The notes below the pieces were generated by a model. It made no database searches, was not told the origin of the DNA, and saw only the letters and a program-made list of their open reading frames with translations. A DNA stretch of 32,000 bases from Candidatus Karelsulcia muelleri PSPU (GTDB taxonomy: Bacteria > Bacteroidota > Bacteroidia > Flavobacteriales > Blattabacteriaceae), in the NCBI RefSeq assembly GCF_000829155.1, contig NZ_AP013293.1, positions 30,001 through 62,000 of the forward strand. Direction: 5' to 3'. Numbering within the stretch: the stretch's first letter is position 1; every line of letters starts with the position of its first letter. Both the position numbers and the translations under genes were made by a program. Of the stretch, positions 9,260 to 18,912 are shown piece after piece.

Positions 9260-10099
9260 ATGAAAAAAAAATATTTTTTATTTTCAATGAAAAAGAGTTT
9301 TAACCTTTCAAAGGAAATAGCTCATTATTATGGAAATATAATATATAGTAAAAAATTTTCTGAATCTGTTAGAGGATATAGTATTTTTTTAATTGGATCT
9401 ATATTACATCATATAGATGATGTAAATGAATTATTATTTATGTGTAATGAAGCATTCCGTGTAGGAGTAAAAAATATAATTTTAATTATTCCATTTTTTA
9501 AATTAAATATAAAAAATGATTTTTGTTTTATAAAACATTTATTTAGCCATTTAATGGCTTTTCCTTTAATAAAAAAAATTATTACAATGGATTTAAATTT
9601 AATGCGATATATTTTTAATATAAAATATATAGATTATTCTATAATTTTAAAAAAATATTTAAAAAAAAAAAAGTTAGATAATATATCAATAGCTTATAAT
9701 TATAATATAGGAGTTGATAGAGCAAATATATATGCTAAATTTTTAAAAACTGATATCGTTTTTTGTTTTAAAAAAAAAAATAAACTTATGAATAATATAA
9801 AATATGAAAATATAAAAAATAAAAATCTATTTATAATAGATAATTTATTATTTACAGCAAATACTCTTTTAATGGTAACAAATATGTTTAAAAACCAAGG
9901 TGCTAAAAGTATAAGAGCTATTGTGACTCATCCAGTTTTATCAGAAAATGCATATAAAAATATAGAAAAATCTTTTTTAGAAGAACTTATAGTAAGTAAT
10001 ACAATGGAAATAGATAATAAAAAATTATTAACTAAAATTAGTATTTTAACTTGTGCAAACATTTTTGCAGAATTTATGCATTTTATAACAAAAAAATAA
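9260..10099 (+). CDS. prs: Ribose-phosphate pyrophosphokinase-like protein, degenerate at active-site motifs
   Basis: Scaffold motifs SVRGYSIFLIGS, NELLFMCNEAFRVGVKNIILIIPFF, MxDLN, RANIYAKFL, QGAKSIRAIVTHPVLSENAYKNIEKSFLEELIVSNTM match Prs; catalytic motifs do not (see findings). Confidence 0.8.
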   Translation: MKKKYFLFSMKKSFNLSKEIAHYYGNIIYSKKFSESVRGYSIFLIGSILHHIDDVNELLFMCNEAFRVGVKNIILIIPFFKLNIKNDFCFIKHLFSHLMAFPLIKKIITMDLNLMRYIFNIKYIDYSIILKKYLKKKKLDNISIAYNYNIGVDRANIYAKFLKTDIVFCFKKKNKLMNNIKYENIKNKNLFIIDNLLFTANTLLMVTNMFKNQGAKSIRAIVTHPVLSENAYKNIEKSFLEELIVSNTMEIDNKKLLTKISILTCANIFAEFMHFITKK

Positions 10100-10108
10100 T
10101 ATATTTAA

Positions 10109-10681
10109 ATGAATTGTATAAATATTCAAGGAAAAAAAAGAAAAGAAATAAAAAAAAAATATAATAGTGAATTAAGAAATTATGGTTATATACCTTGTAT
10201 AATATATAGTAAAAATAAAAATATAAAATTTTATTTATTATTATCAATATTAAAAAAAATAATTTTAACTTATAAAGTATATAAAGTAATTTTATCAATT
10301 AAAAATGAAAATAAAATAGAAGCTATTTTAAAAGAAATACAATTTAATCCAATAAATGATGAAATTATACATGTAGATTTTTTTGAATTAAAAAAAGATA
10401 AATATATTATTATTTCAATTCCTATAATATCTGTAGGTCATTCTTTAGGAGTTTCTAAAGGAGGGGAATATAAATTATTTTTAAATAAAATTAAAATTAA
10501 AATAATTACTGATGATATATTAGATCATATAGATCTAAATATTAATAATTTAGATATAGGAGATAGTTTATATATAAAAAATATATATAATCCTAAGTAT
10601 ATTATACTTCATAATAGTAATGAAGTAATAGCGTCAATAAAATCGTCTAGAACTTATATAAAAGAAGTACATGAAAAATAA
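10109..10681 (+). CDS. rplY: 50S ribosomal protein L25/general stress protein Ctc
   Basis: INIQGKKRKEIKKKYNSELRNYGYIPCIIY...IEAILKEIQFNPINDEIIHVDFFEL...IPIISVGHSLGVSKGGEY...NLDIGDSLYI. Confidence 0.9.
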   Translation: MNCINIQGKKRKEIKKKYNSELRNYGYIPCIIYSKNKNIKFYLLLSILKKIILTYKVYKVILSIKNENKIEAILKEIQFNPINDEIIHVDFFELKKDKYIIISIPIISVGHSLGVSKGGEYKLFLNKIKIKIITDDILDHIDLNINNLDIGDSLYIKNIYNPKYIILHNSNEVIASIKSSRTYIKEVHEK

Positions 10682-12338
10682 AAATATATATAAAAAACGT
10701 TATACTGTAACCGCAGCATTACCATATGCTAATGGACCAATACACATTGGTCATTTATCAGGAGTTTATTTACCAGCAGATATATTTGTGCGTTATCTTA
10801 AATATAATGGTAAAAAAGTTATTTTTATTTCTGGAACAGATGAACATGGTGTACCTATAACAATAAAAGCAAAAGAAGAAGGTTTAACTAAAAAAAAAAT
10901 AGTAGATAAATATCATATATTAATAAAAAAATCATTAAAAAAAATCGGTATATTATTTGATAATTTTTCACGTACTACATCTAAAATACATTATAAAACA
11001 TCTATATCTTTTTTTAAAAAACTTTATAAAAAAAAAAAAATTCTTGAAAGAGAAACTGAACATTATTATGATAATAAAGTCAATAAATTTTTACCTGATA
11101 GATATATATTAGGAATATGTCCTAAATGTAATTATAATATAGCATATGGTGATCAATGTGAAAAATGTGGATTTTCCATTTCTCCTGAAGAATTAATAAA
11201 ACCTTATTCTTATTTTACTGGAGTAAAACCAATTTTAAAAAAAACTAAACATTGGTATTTACCATTAAATAAATATCAAAATTTTTTAGAAAAATGTATA
11301 AAAAATAAAAAAAAAATTAAAAAAAATGTTTATGGACAAATAAAATCATTGCTTAATGAAGGATTAAAAACTCGTGCGATTACAAGAGATTTAAATTGGG
11401 GGATACCTATACCAATTCCTAATAATATTGGAAAAGTTTTATATGTATGGTTTGAAGCTCCTATAGGATATATTTCCTCTACTATAGAATGGAGTTTAAA
11501 AAAAGGGAAAAAATGGGAAAAATATTGGAAATATACAAATACTGCTATTATTAATTTTATAGGAAAAGATAATATTATATTCCATTGTATAATATTTCCT
11601 ATTATGCTTAAAATTCATGGTAATTATATCTTACCAGATAATGTTCCTGCTAATGAATTTCTTAATATTGAAAATAAAAAAATATCTACTTCTAAAAAGT
11701 GGGCTGTATGGTTACATGAATATTTAGAAGATTTTCCAAATAAAGAAGATGTTTTAAGATATGTACTTATTTCTAATATGCCTGAAACAAAAGATACTAA
11801 TTTTAGTTGGAAAGATTTTAAACAAAAAAATAATTCAGAATTAGTTTCAATTTTAGGAAATTTTGTTAATAGAGTAGTTGTTCTTACAAAGAGATATTTT
11901 AATGGAAAAGTGCCTTATTCAGATAAATTATATAAAAAAGATTTATATATATTAGATAATATAAAAAAAAGTACTTTAAAAATAGGATTTTTTATAGAAA
12001 AATATAATTTTAAATATGCTCTTATTAAATTTATGAATTTAGCACGTTTAGGTAATAAATATTTAACTTTAGAAGAACCATGGAAAAAATTTAAATTAAA
12101 TAAAAAAAGAGTTAAAACTATTATATATATATCTTTACAAATAATAGGTGCATTAGGATATTTATCAAATCCTTTTTTACCTTTTACATCTAAAAAAATT
12201 TTAAAAATGTTAAATTTAAAAAAAAAAAAATGGAATTTTATACTAAAAAGTAATGAAATTGTAAAACCTGGATTAAAATTATTAGAATTTAATTTTTTAT
12301 TTAAAAAAATAAAAAAATTAATTAAAAATTATGAATAA
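10671..12338 (+). CDS. metG: Methionyl-tRNA synthetase
   Basis: TVTAALPYANGPIHIGHLSG, FISGTDEHGVPI, zinc motif CPKCNYNIAYGDQCEKCG, KISTSKKWAVWLHEYLEDF. Ends at 555 aa, apparently without the C-terminal tRNA-binding domain. Confidence 0.96.
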   Translation: MKNKNIYKKRYTVTAALPYANGPIHIGHLSGVYLPADIFVRYLKYNGKKVIFISGTDEHGVPITIKAKEEGLTKKKIVDKYHILIKKSLKKIGILFDNFSRTTSKIHYKTSISFFKKLYKKKKILERETEHYYDNKVNKFLPDRYILGICPKCNYNIAYGDQCEKCGFSISPEELIKPYSYFTGVKPILKKTKHWYLPLNKYQNFLEKCIKNKKKIKKNVYGQIKSLLNEGLKTRAITRDLNWGIPIPIPNNIGKVLYVWFEAPIGYISSTIEWSLKKGKKWEKYWKYTNTAIINFIGKDNIIFHCIIFPIMLKIHGNYILPDNVPANEFLNIENKKISTSKKWAVWLHEYLEDFPNKEDVLRYVLISNMPETKDTNFSWKDFKQKNNSELVSILGNFVNRVVVLTKRYFNGKVPYSDKLYKKDLYILDNIKKSTLKIGFFIEKYNFKYALIKFMNLARLGNKYLTLEEPWKKFKLNKKRVKTIIYISLQIIGALGYLSNPFLPFTSKKILKMLNLKKKKWNFILKSNEIVKPGLKLLEFNFLFKKIKKLIKNYE

Positions 12339-12470
12339 ACTTCTTTTTTTTAAGTAAAAAAGATATAGTATATTAGTATTTAATATAAATAAAAAATAAT
12401 TATTATTTATCTCATTTTTCTTAGAGATTTAGTAATTATATAATTTTTTTTATAAAAAGTGAAATAAAAG

Positions 12471-12743
12471 ATGCCAAAATTAAATATAAAAAAATATAAG
12501 TCTTTTTTTTTAGAGAGTTTTTTAGTATTTACTATAGGTTCTAAATTAGCCAATTTAAGAATTTCTGAATTATTAATAATTAAAAAAAAAATAATAAATC
12601 TTATATATTTTCTAGATAAACATTTAATGTTTTATTATTTCGATAAGAATTCTTCTATAATTAAGAATTATATATTAATAATAATTATTTTTCTTTTTCT
12701 TAAAAGATTGAGAAAAATAAATGTAATAAAATTTTTTTTATAA
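12471..12743 (+). other. 90-aa ORF of unknown function, possibly spurious
   Basis: Only ORF track entry in the metG-lgt gap; Lys/Ile/Leu/Phe-rich, no motif I recognise. Confidence 0.25.
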
Positions 12744-12758
12744 AAGTATTAGTTTTTA

Positions 12759-12776
12759 GGGTCGGGTAGGGTAGGG
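12759..12776 (+). other. Putative G-quadruplex motif GGGTCGGGTAGGGTAGGG
   Basis: Four G3 tracts separated by 2-nt loops, read directly from the sequence in an otherwise very AT-rich intergenic region. Confidence 0.7.
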
Positions 12777-12887
12777 TAATATTATTAAATTACTTACTAA
12801 TAGTTTTTTTTATTAAAAACTTTAAAATAAGAGGTAAATTTTATAATAATAAATAAATTTAAAGACATATTATATGATAAAAGTTAT

Positions 12888-13757
12888 ATGATATTATATA
12901 TTAATTGGGATCCAATTAAATTAATAAATATATGTGGTTATAATATATATACATATAGTATACTATTTATAGTATGTTTTTTTTTTGGAGTAAAAAAAAT
13001 ATTTTTAATTTTTAAAAAAAATGAATTAGGATTAAAAAAAATAGATTATTTTATATTATATAGTCAAATAGGTTTTCTGCTTGGAGCAAGAATATTTCAT
13101 ATAATATTTTATAATTTTTTTTTTTTTAAAAAAAACATAATTGAAGCTATTTTTCCAATTCATAAGAAAATAAATTCTTATTTTTTTTTTTTTATAAAAA
13201 ATTATAAATTTATAGGATATCAAGGATTATCTAGTCATGGGGCCGCTATAGGTTTATTAATATCAATATTAATATATAATAAATTTTTTTTTAAAAAAAA
13301 AAAAAATTGGCTTTGTGATAAAATTTGTCTTATTTTTACTTTAAGTAGTTCCTTAATAAGGATAGGCAATTTATTTAATTCTGAAATTTTAGGAAAAAAA
13401 TGCAATATAATTTTTTCTATATATTTTATACAAATACATTATGATAAGATTTTTCATATAAAAAGACATCCTTCTCAATTATATGAATCTATTTTATATT
13501 TATTATTATCTAATATAATTATTTTTTTTTTAAAAAAAAAAAAATTTAAAAAAAATTTATTTTTTCTCTGTTTAATTAGATTTATTTTAGAATTTTTAAA
13601 AGAACCTCAAAAAAATGAATATTTTACAATAAAAATTTTTAATACAGGACAATTATTAAGTATTCCTTTTATAATTATTGGATTTTATTTATTAAATAAT
13701 AAAAATATTAAAAATTTTTATTATACGTTTTATAGATTCTTTTTTTCCTATTATTGA
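12888..13757 (+). CDS. lgt: Prolipoprotein diacylglyceryl transferase
   Basis: Membrane protein with GLLGARIFHIIF-like (GFLLGARIFHIIFY), YQGLSSHGAAIGLLISI, GNLFNSEILGK, RHPSQLYESILY, RFILEFLKEPQ. Confidence 0.93.
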   Translation: MILYINWDPIKLINICGYNIYTYSILFIVCFFFGVKKIFLIFKKNELGLKKIDYFILYSQIGFLLGARIFHIIFYNFFFFKKNIIEAIFPIHKKINSYFFFFIKNYKFIGYQGLSSHGAAIGLLISILIYNKFFFKKKKNWLCDKICLIFTLSSSLIRIGNLFNSEILGKKCNIIFSIYFIQIHYDKIFHIKRHPSQLYESILYLLLSNIIIFFLKKKKFKKNLFFLCLIRFILEFLKEPQKNEYFTIKIFNTGQLLSIPFIIIGFYLLNNKNIKNFYYTFYRFFFSYY

Positions 13758-15194
13758 TATAATTAAAAATATATCTAATCCTTTTAAGGATCCTACCATA
13801 GATAAACGTAAAAGCTGTAGAATATAATTTTTATTTATATTTTTATAAAAAATACATTTATTAATTTTTTTTTTTATATTTAAAAAATCAAATTTTTTTA
13901 CATATAAAAGTAAATTTTTAATTTGATGTAAATGTTTAATACTATTATTAGTATGTATTTTTGTTATACAAAACAAATCATATTTTATTTTTTTTTTAAA
14001 AAAAAAAATTGTGTTATCAACAATTTCATGTAAAAATGAAAATTTTTTTCTAAAAATATTTAAAATTAAATAAATTAAATTATTTTTAATATAAATTATA
14101 TTACGTTTTTTTAATTCTTTTTTAAAAAAAAAAAAAATATCTTTAGATGATTTTAATTGTAAATATTTATTATTAAACCAATTTGTTTTTTTATAATTAA
14201 ATTTAGCCGAAGATTTATTAATCTTTTTAAGATCAAAAATTGATATTAATTCTTTTAAAGAAAAAATTTCTTTTGAACCTCCAGGATTCCAACCTAATAA
14301 AACTAACATATTTATAAAAGCTTCATAAGAATAACCTAATTCTCTATACCCTTTAGTTTTTTTCCATTTTAATGGAAAAATTGGAAAAATATATTTATTT
14401 ATATTTCTTTTACTAATTTTTCCTTTTCCTATTGGATTTAATATTAATGGTAAATGTAAAAAATATGGAGGATCCCAATCAAAAGATTTATATAAAAGTA
14501 AATTTATTGGCATAGATGGTAACCATTCTTCACCTTTTATAACATGAGAAATGTTCATTAAATGATCATCAATTACATTAGCTAAATGGTATGTAGGAGT
14601 TTCATCAGATTTAAATAAAATTTTATCATCTAATGATTTATAATTTATATAAATTTTACCTCTAATAAGATCTAATATTTCTATATTAGAATATTTTGGT
14701 ATTTTATATCTTATAACATAAGGTATTCCTTTATTTATTTTGTAAAAAGTTTCTTCATTAGAAAGATTTAACGAATTATCTAATTTTTTTCTATTAGAAT
14801 AATTATATAAAAAAAAATCTCCATTTTTTTTATAATCATTTCTTAATTTTTCTAATTTTTTTTTTTTATCAAAAGCATAATAAGCAAAATTATTATTTAA
14901 TAAATATTTTATATATTTTTTATATATTTTATTTCTTTCTGATTGACTATAAGGTCCATAATATCCTTTAATTGTTGGACCTTCATCAGTCTTAATTCCA
15001 CACCATTTAAGAGATTCAATTATATAATTTTCAGCACCAAACATCAATCTTGATTGATCTGTATCTTCTATTCTTAATAGAAATTTTCCATTATTTTTTT
15101 TAGCAAATAAATAATTATATAAAGCTGTTCTAATGCTTCCTATATGAAGTGGTCCAGTTGGACTAGGAGCAAAACGAACTCTAATTTTTTTCAT
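13692..15194 (-). CDS. gltX: Glutamyl-tRNA synthetase
   Basis: VRFAPSPTGPLHIGSIRTALYNYLFAKK...LLRIEDTDQSR...HPLPLxLN...GKISKRN (KMSKS-equivalent)...NMLVLLGWNPG. Confidence 0.96.
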   Translation of the reverse strand: MKKIRVRFAPSPTGPLHIGSIRTALYNYLFAKKNNGKFLLRIEDTDQSRLMFGAENYIIESLKWCGIKTDEGPTIKGYYGPYSQSERNKIYKKYIKYLLNNNFAYYAFDKKKKLEKLRNDYKKNGDFFLYNYSNRKKLDNSLNLSNEETFYKINKGIPYVIRYKIPKYSNIEILDLIRGKIYINYKSLDDKILFKSDETPTYHLANVIDDHLMNISHVIKGEEWLPSMPINLLLYKSFDWDPPYFLHLPLILNPIGKGKISKRNINKYIFPIFPLKWKKTKGYRELGYSYEAFINMLVLLGWNPGGSKEIFSLKELISIFDLKKINKSSAKFNYKKTNWFNNKYLQLKSSKDIFFFFKKELKKRNIIYIKNNLIYLILNIFRKKFSFLHEIVDNTIFFFKKKIKYDLFCITKIHTNNSIKHLHQIKNLLLYVKKFDFLNIKKKINKCIFYKNINKNYILQLLRLSMVGSLKGLDIFLIISIIGKKESIKRIIKIFNIFII

Positions 15195-15213
15195 AGTTTT
15201 TTTTTAAAAAGAC

Positions 15214-16017
15214 TTAAATTCCTCCAACTATTTCAAGAATTTCTTTTGTAATTTTTTCTTTTCTTAATTTATTATAAAAAAATAATAATTCATTTTTTAT
15301 TTTAATTCCATTATCTTTTGCTTTATGCATTGCTATCATTCTTGATAAATGTTCTGAAGTTATTGATTCTAAAATAGAATTATATATTTTTATTTTTAAT
15401 ATTTTAGGAATTAAAAATTTTAATATTTTTTTTTTATAAGGTTCAAAAATATAATTGAGATTATATATTTTTTTTTTTTTAAAAGGTAAAATTTTTTTAA
15501 TTGAAATTAATTTATAATTATTATATATAATTTTTATTTCACTAAAAAAACCTTTTAAAAATTTCTTATAAAAAATGTTTACTATTGTAGATAAATTTTC
15601 TTCATTAAGATTATCAATTAATTTATTATTATATAAAAAAATTTGATATTTTTTTTCTAAATATTTTTTTCCAATTTTTCCTATTGGAAATAGATATATA
15701 TTTTCTTTAAAATATTTTTTTTTAATTAATTTTTCTATTGTTTTTAACAAAAAATTATTAAAAGATCCACAAAGACCACGATTTGATGTTATTATTATTA
15801 ATAGTATATTTTTTTTATTTTTTTTTATTTTTATTTTTTTTTTATTTATTAAAATAAAATAAAATTTTTCTATTTTTTTTTTATATAATTTTAAATTGAT
15901 AATTTTATTTTTAAATTTTTTTAATTTTACAGACGAAACCATTTTCATGGCATTTGTCATTTTTATAATAGAACTTACTGTTTTAACTCTACTTATTATT
16001 TCTTTTAAATTAGACAT
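15214..16017 (-). CDS. atpG: ATP synthase F1 gamma subunit
   Basis: MSNLKEIISRVKTVSSIIKMTNAMKMVSSVKLKK...ITSNRGLCGSFN...SEHLSRMIAMHKAKDNG. Confidence 0.93.
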   Translation of the reverse strand: MSNLKEIISRVKTVSSIIKMTNAMKMVSSVKLKKFKNKIINLKLYKKKIEKFYFILINKKKIKIKKNKKNILLIIITSNRGLCGSFNNFLLKTIEKLIKKKYFKENIYLFPIGKIGKKYLEKKYQIFLYNNKLIDNLNEENLSTIVNIFYKKFLKGFFSEIKIIYNNYKLISIKKILPFKKKKIYNLNYIFEPYKKKILKFLIPKILKIKIYNSILESITSEHLSRMIAMHKAKDNGIKIKNELLFFYNKLRKEKITKEILEIVGGI

Positions 16018-16027
16018 AATAAAAAAA

Positions 16028-17614
16028 TTAATTTTTAAATGTAAAATTATTAATTAATGTTAATACAACATTATTTAATATTGATCTAATTTTATTATTT
16101 AATTTACCTTTTTCTAATAAATTTATTATTTCGGGATAATTTTCATTTAAATTATTTAAATAAATTTTTTCAAAATTTTTAATTTTATTAATTGGTATCT
16201 CTTTAAGAAGATTATTTGTACCAGCATATATAATTGCTATTTGATTTCCTAATCTATAAGGAGAATTAATTGATTGTTTTAATATTTCTATATTTCTTTT
16301 TCCTTTTTCAATAATATTTTTTGTAATAAAATCTAAATCAGAACCAAATTGAGAAAAAGATTCTAATTCTCTAAATTGAGCTTGATCTAATTTAAAAGTA
16401 CATGATATTTTTTTCATTGATTTAATTTGTGCTGAAGCACCTACTCTTGAAACAGATATACCTTCATTTATTGCAGGACGTATTCCTGAATTAAAAAGAT
16501 TGGTTTCTAAAAAAATTTGGCCATCTGTTATTGATATAACATTTGTAGGAATGTATGATGATACATCACCAGATTGTGTTTCTATTATTGGTAAAGATGT
16601 TAAAGAACCCCCACCTAAAATTTTTGTTTTTATACTTTTTGGTATGTCATTCATTTTAGATGCAACTTTGTTATCACTTATTATTTTAGATGAACGTTCT
16701 AATAAACGTGAATGTAAATAAAAAATATCACCTGGATATGCTTCTCTTCCAGGAGGCCTACGTAATAATAAAGATATTTCTCTATATGCTACGGCTTGTT
16801 TAGATAAATCATCATATATAATTAAAGAGGAACGTCCAGTATCTCTAAAAAATTCACCTATTGCCGTACCAGAAAAAGGAGCAAAAACCTGCATTGCAGC
16901 AGAATCTGAAGCATTTGCAGTTAATATAACTGTATATGAGAGAGCCTCATTTTTTTCTAATAATTTAACTATACTAGCTAGAGTTGAAGCTTTTTGACCA
17001 ATTGAGACATAAATACAATAAACTGGATTTTCCATATCCTTAAATTTTTTTTGATTAATTATAGTATCTATAGCTATAGTTGTTTTTCCAGTTTGTCTAT
17101 CTCCTATTATTAATTCTCTTTGCCCTCTTCCTATAGGTATCATAGAATCTATACATTTTATACCAGTTTGTAGAGGTTCTATTACAGGTTCTCTAAAAAT
17201 GACCCCTGGGGCTTTTCTTTCTAATGGCATTAAAAAAACTTCTCCAGAAATAGGTCCTTTTCCATCAATAGGAACCCCTAAACTATTTATAACACGACCT
17301 AACATACCTTCTCCCACATTTATAGAAAATATCATTCCGGTTCTTATAACTTTATCACCTTCTTTTATTCCTTTAAAAGGATCAATTAAGATAATTCCTA
17401 CATTTTCTTCTTCTAAATTAAGAACAATTCCTTTTATTTGATTTTCAAATTCAACTATTTCTCCATAAATTGCATTATTTAATCCATAAACATTAGCGAC
17501 TCCATCTCCTATATTAATTATTATTCCTGATTCAATTATATCATTTTTATAATTAAAATCTGAAATTTTTTTTTTAATTAAAACTGATATATCAGCATAA
17601 TGTTTTTTTAACAT
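16028..17614 (-). CDS. atpA: ATP synthase F1 alpha subunit
   Basis: [13 protein letters not shown]...[26 protein letters not shown]...[46 protein letters not shown]...[10 protein letters not shown]. Confidence 0.98.
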   Translation of the reverse strand: MLKKHYADISVLIKKKISDFNYKNDIIESGIIINIGDGVANVYGLNNAIYGEIVEFENQIKGIVLNLEEENVGIILIDPFKGIKEGDKVIRTGMIFSINVGEGMLGRVINSLGVPIDGKGPISGEVFLMPLERKAPGVIFREPVIEPLQTGIKCIDSMIPIGRGQRELIIGDRQTGKTTIAIDTIINQKKFKDMENPVYCIYVSIGQKASTLASIVKLLEKNEALSYTVILTANASDSAAMQVFAPFSGTAIGEFFRDTGRSSLIIYDDLSKQAVAYREISLLLRRPPGREAYPGDIFYLHSRLLERSSKIISDNKVASKMNDIPKSIKTKILGGGSLTSLPIIETQSGDVSSYIPTNVISITDGQIFLETNLFNSGIRPAINEGISVSRVGASAQIKSMKKISCTFKLDQAQFRELESFSQFGSDLDFITKNIIEKGKRNIEILKQSINSPYRLGNQIAIIYAGTNNLLKEIPINKIKNFEKIYLNNLNENYPEIINLLEKGKLNNKIRSILNNVVLTLINNFTFKN

Positions 17615-18137
17615 AAAGATTATTATGTTTTTTTAAAAAATTATTAATTGTAAAATTATAATAATTAAAGTTTTTTTTAATAATAAATCCGCCAATTATA
17701 TTGGTATTAATATAATTATTTATAATTATTGTTTTTTTTTTATAAAGGTAAACTTTTTTTTGTGTTAAAAAAACATTATATATTAATATATTAATTTTTT
17801 CTTTTGAAAAAAGAAAAATATTATCTATTTTATATTTAGATTTAAACAATATAATATAATTAAAAAGAATATTAATAAATAAAAAATTTAAATTATTTTT
17901 AATAATTAAATTAATTAATTTTAAAATTAAAAAGTTTTTTTTTTTAAAAAAAGAACTAAAATATTCATTTTCTAAAAATGAATATTTTATAAAATTATTT
18001 AGAATAGGGTTATATTTTATAATAAATAAAATTTTTTCTATTTCATTTTTTATAAAAATTTCTTTCTTATAAGAAGAAACATAAAAAAAAAAACAATTAA
18101 CATTTCTTTTAACAGAAATTTTATATTTTAAATTCAT
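17592..18137 (-). CDS. atpH: ATP synthase F1 delta subunit (very divergent)
   Basis: Position between atpF and atpA; weak C-terminal similarity ([28 protein letters not shown]). Assigned mainly by synteny. Confidence 0.7.
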   Translation of the reverse strand: MNLKYKISVKRNVNCFFFYVSSYKKEIFIKNEIEKILFIIKYNPILNNFIKYSFLENEYFSSFFKKKNFLILKLINLIIKNNLNFLFINILFNYIILFKSKYKIDNIFLFSKEKINILIYNVFLTQKKVYLYKKKTIIINNYINTNIIGGFIIKKNFNYYNFTINNFLKKHNNLYVKKTLC

Positions 18138-18139
18138 TT

Positions 18140-18613
18140 TTAATAAATTATATTTTGGATTAAATCTTTAACAAAAAAATTATTTTTTTTTTTTAAAATT
18201 CTTTCTGAAAGAATAATAGAATTATTTAATATTTCTTTTTTAAATTCTTCTAAAGCCATTTTTTTATTATTATTTATTAATAAATTTGTTTTTTTTATTA
18301 AAGAATCACATATTAAAATTGCTTTTTTTTTAGCTTCTTTTTCAATTTTTTTTTTTCTTTTAAAAGCTTCATTTATAATTAAATTTTTCATTATTTCAGT
18401 TTTTTTTATTATTTGATTTTTTTTATTTTTTATTTCTTTTATTTGATTTTTTTTTTTTTTTGCATCATTTATTGAATCTAAAATAAATTTTTCACGATTT
18501 TCTATAAAATTATTGATTGGTTTCCAAGCAAAACTGCTAAGTAAAATAAATGAAATTAAAAATATTATTGATTGCCAAAATATTAAACCTAAAGCAGGCG
18601 TCATTAAATCCAT
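18140..18613 (-). CDS. atpF: ATP synthase F0 b subunit
   Basis: LMTPALGLIFWQSIIFLISFILLSSFAWKPINNFIENREKFILDSINDAKKKK; between atpE and atpH. Confidence 0.9.
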   Translation of the reverse strand: MDLMTPALGLIFWQSIIFLISFILLSSFAWKPINNFIENREKFILDSINDAKKKKNQIKEIKNKKNQIIKKTEIMKNLIINEAFKRKKKIEKEAKKKAILICDSLIKKTNLLINNNKKMALEEFKKEILNNSIILSERILKKKNNFFVKDLIQNIIY

Positions 18614-18626
18614 ATATCATATTTAA

Positions 18627-18848
18627 TTATTTTAATACGGCTAATAAAGCCGTTACTATTCCAAATAAAGATGCTCCTTCTAGAAGAGCTGCAGATATTA
18701 TCATAGCAGTTTGTATTTTATTTGAAGCTTCTGGTTGCCTTGCTATGGCTTCCATAGCAGAACCTCCAATTTTTCCTATGCCTAATCCTGCACCTACTAC
18801 TGCTATTCCGGCACCTAAAACAGATAATCCGACAAAATTTGAATCCAT
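18627..18848 (-). CDS. atpE: ATP synthase F0 c subunit
   Basis: GAGIAVVGAGLGIGKIGGSAMEAIARQPEASNKIQTAMIISAALLEGASLFGIVTALL, with the expected E in TM2. Confidence 0.96.
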   Translation of the reverse strand: MDSNFVGLSVLGAGIAVVGAGLGIGKIGGSAMEAIARQPEASNKIQTAMIISAALLEGASLFGIVTALLAVLK

Positions 18849-18912
18849 AAATTAAAAAAATCTAATGATTAGATTTTAAAATCTACTGAATAAGTGTAAT
18901 TATAAAAGTTAA

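Noticed and set aside
10083-10298. 71-aa - strand hydrophobic ORF over the prs/L25 junction
   Set aside because: Antisense to L25, low-complexity AT-rich translation.
12471-12743. Possible ribosomal protein S20 remnant (LDKHL...DKNSS)
   Set aside because: Resemblance limited to a few residues; the rest does not align with S20 and the basic N-terminal pattern is missing.
16500-16721. 73-aa + strand ORF inside atpA
   Set aside because: Antisense shadow of AtpA.
17199-17441. 80-aa + strand ORF inside atpA
   Set aside because: Antisense shadow of AtpA.
18550-18855. 101-aa + strand ORF spanning atpE and the start of atpF
   Set aside because: Antisense to highly conserved atpE; no independent support.
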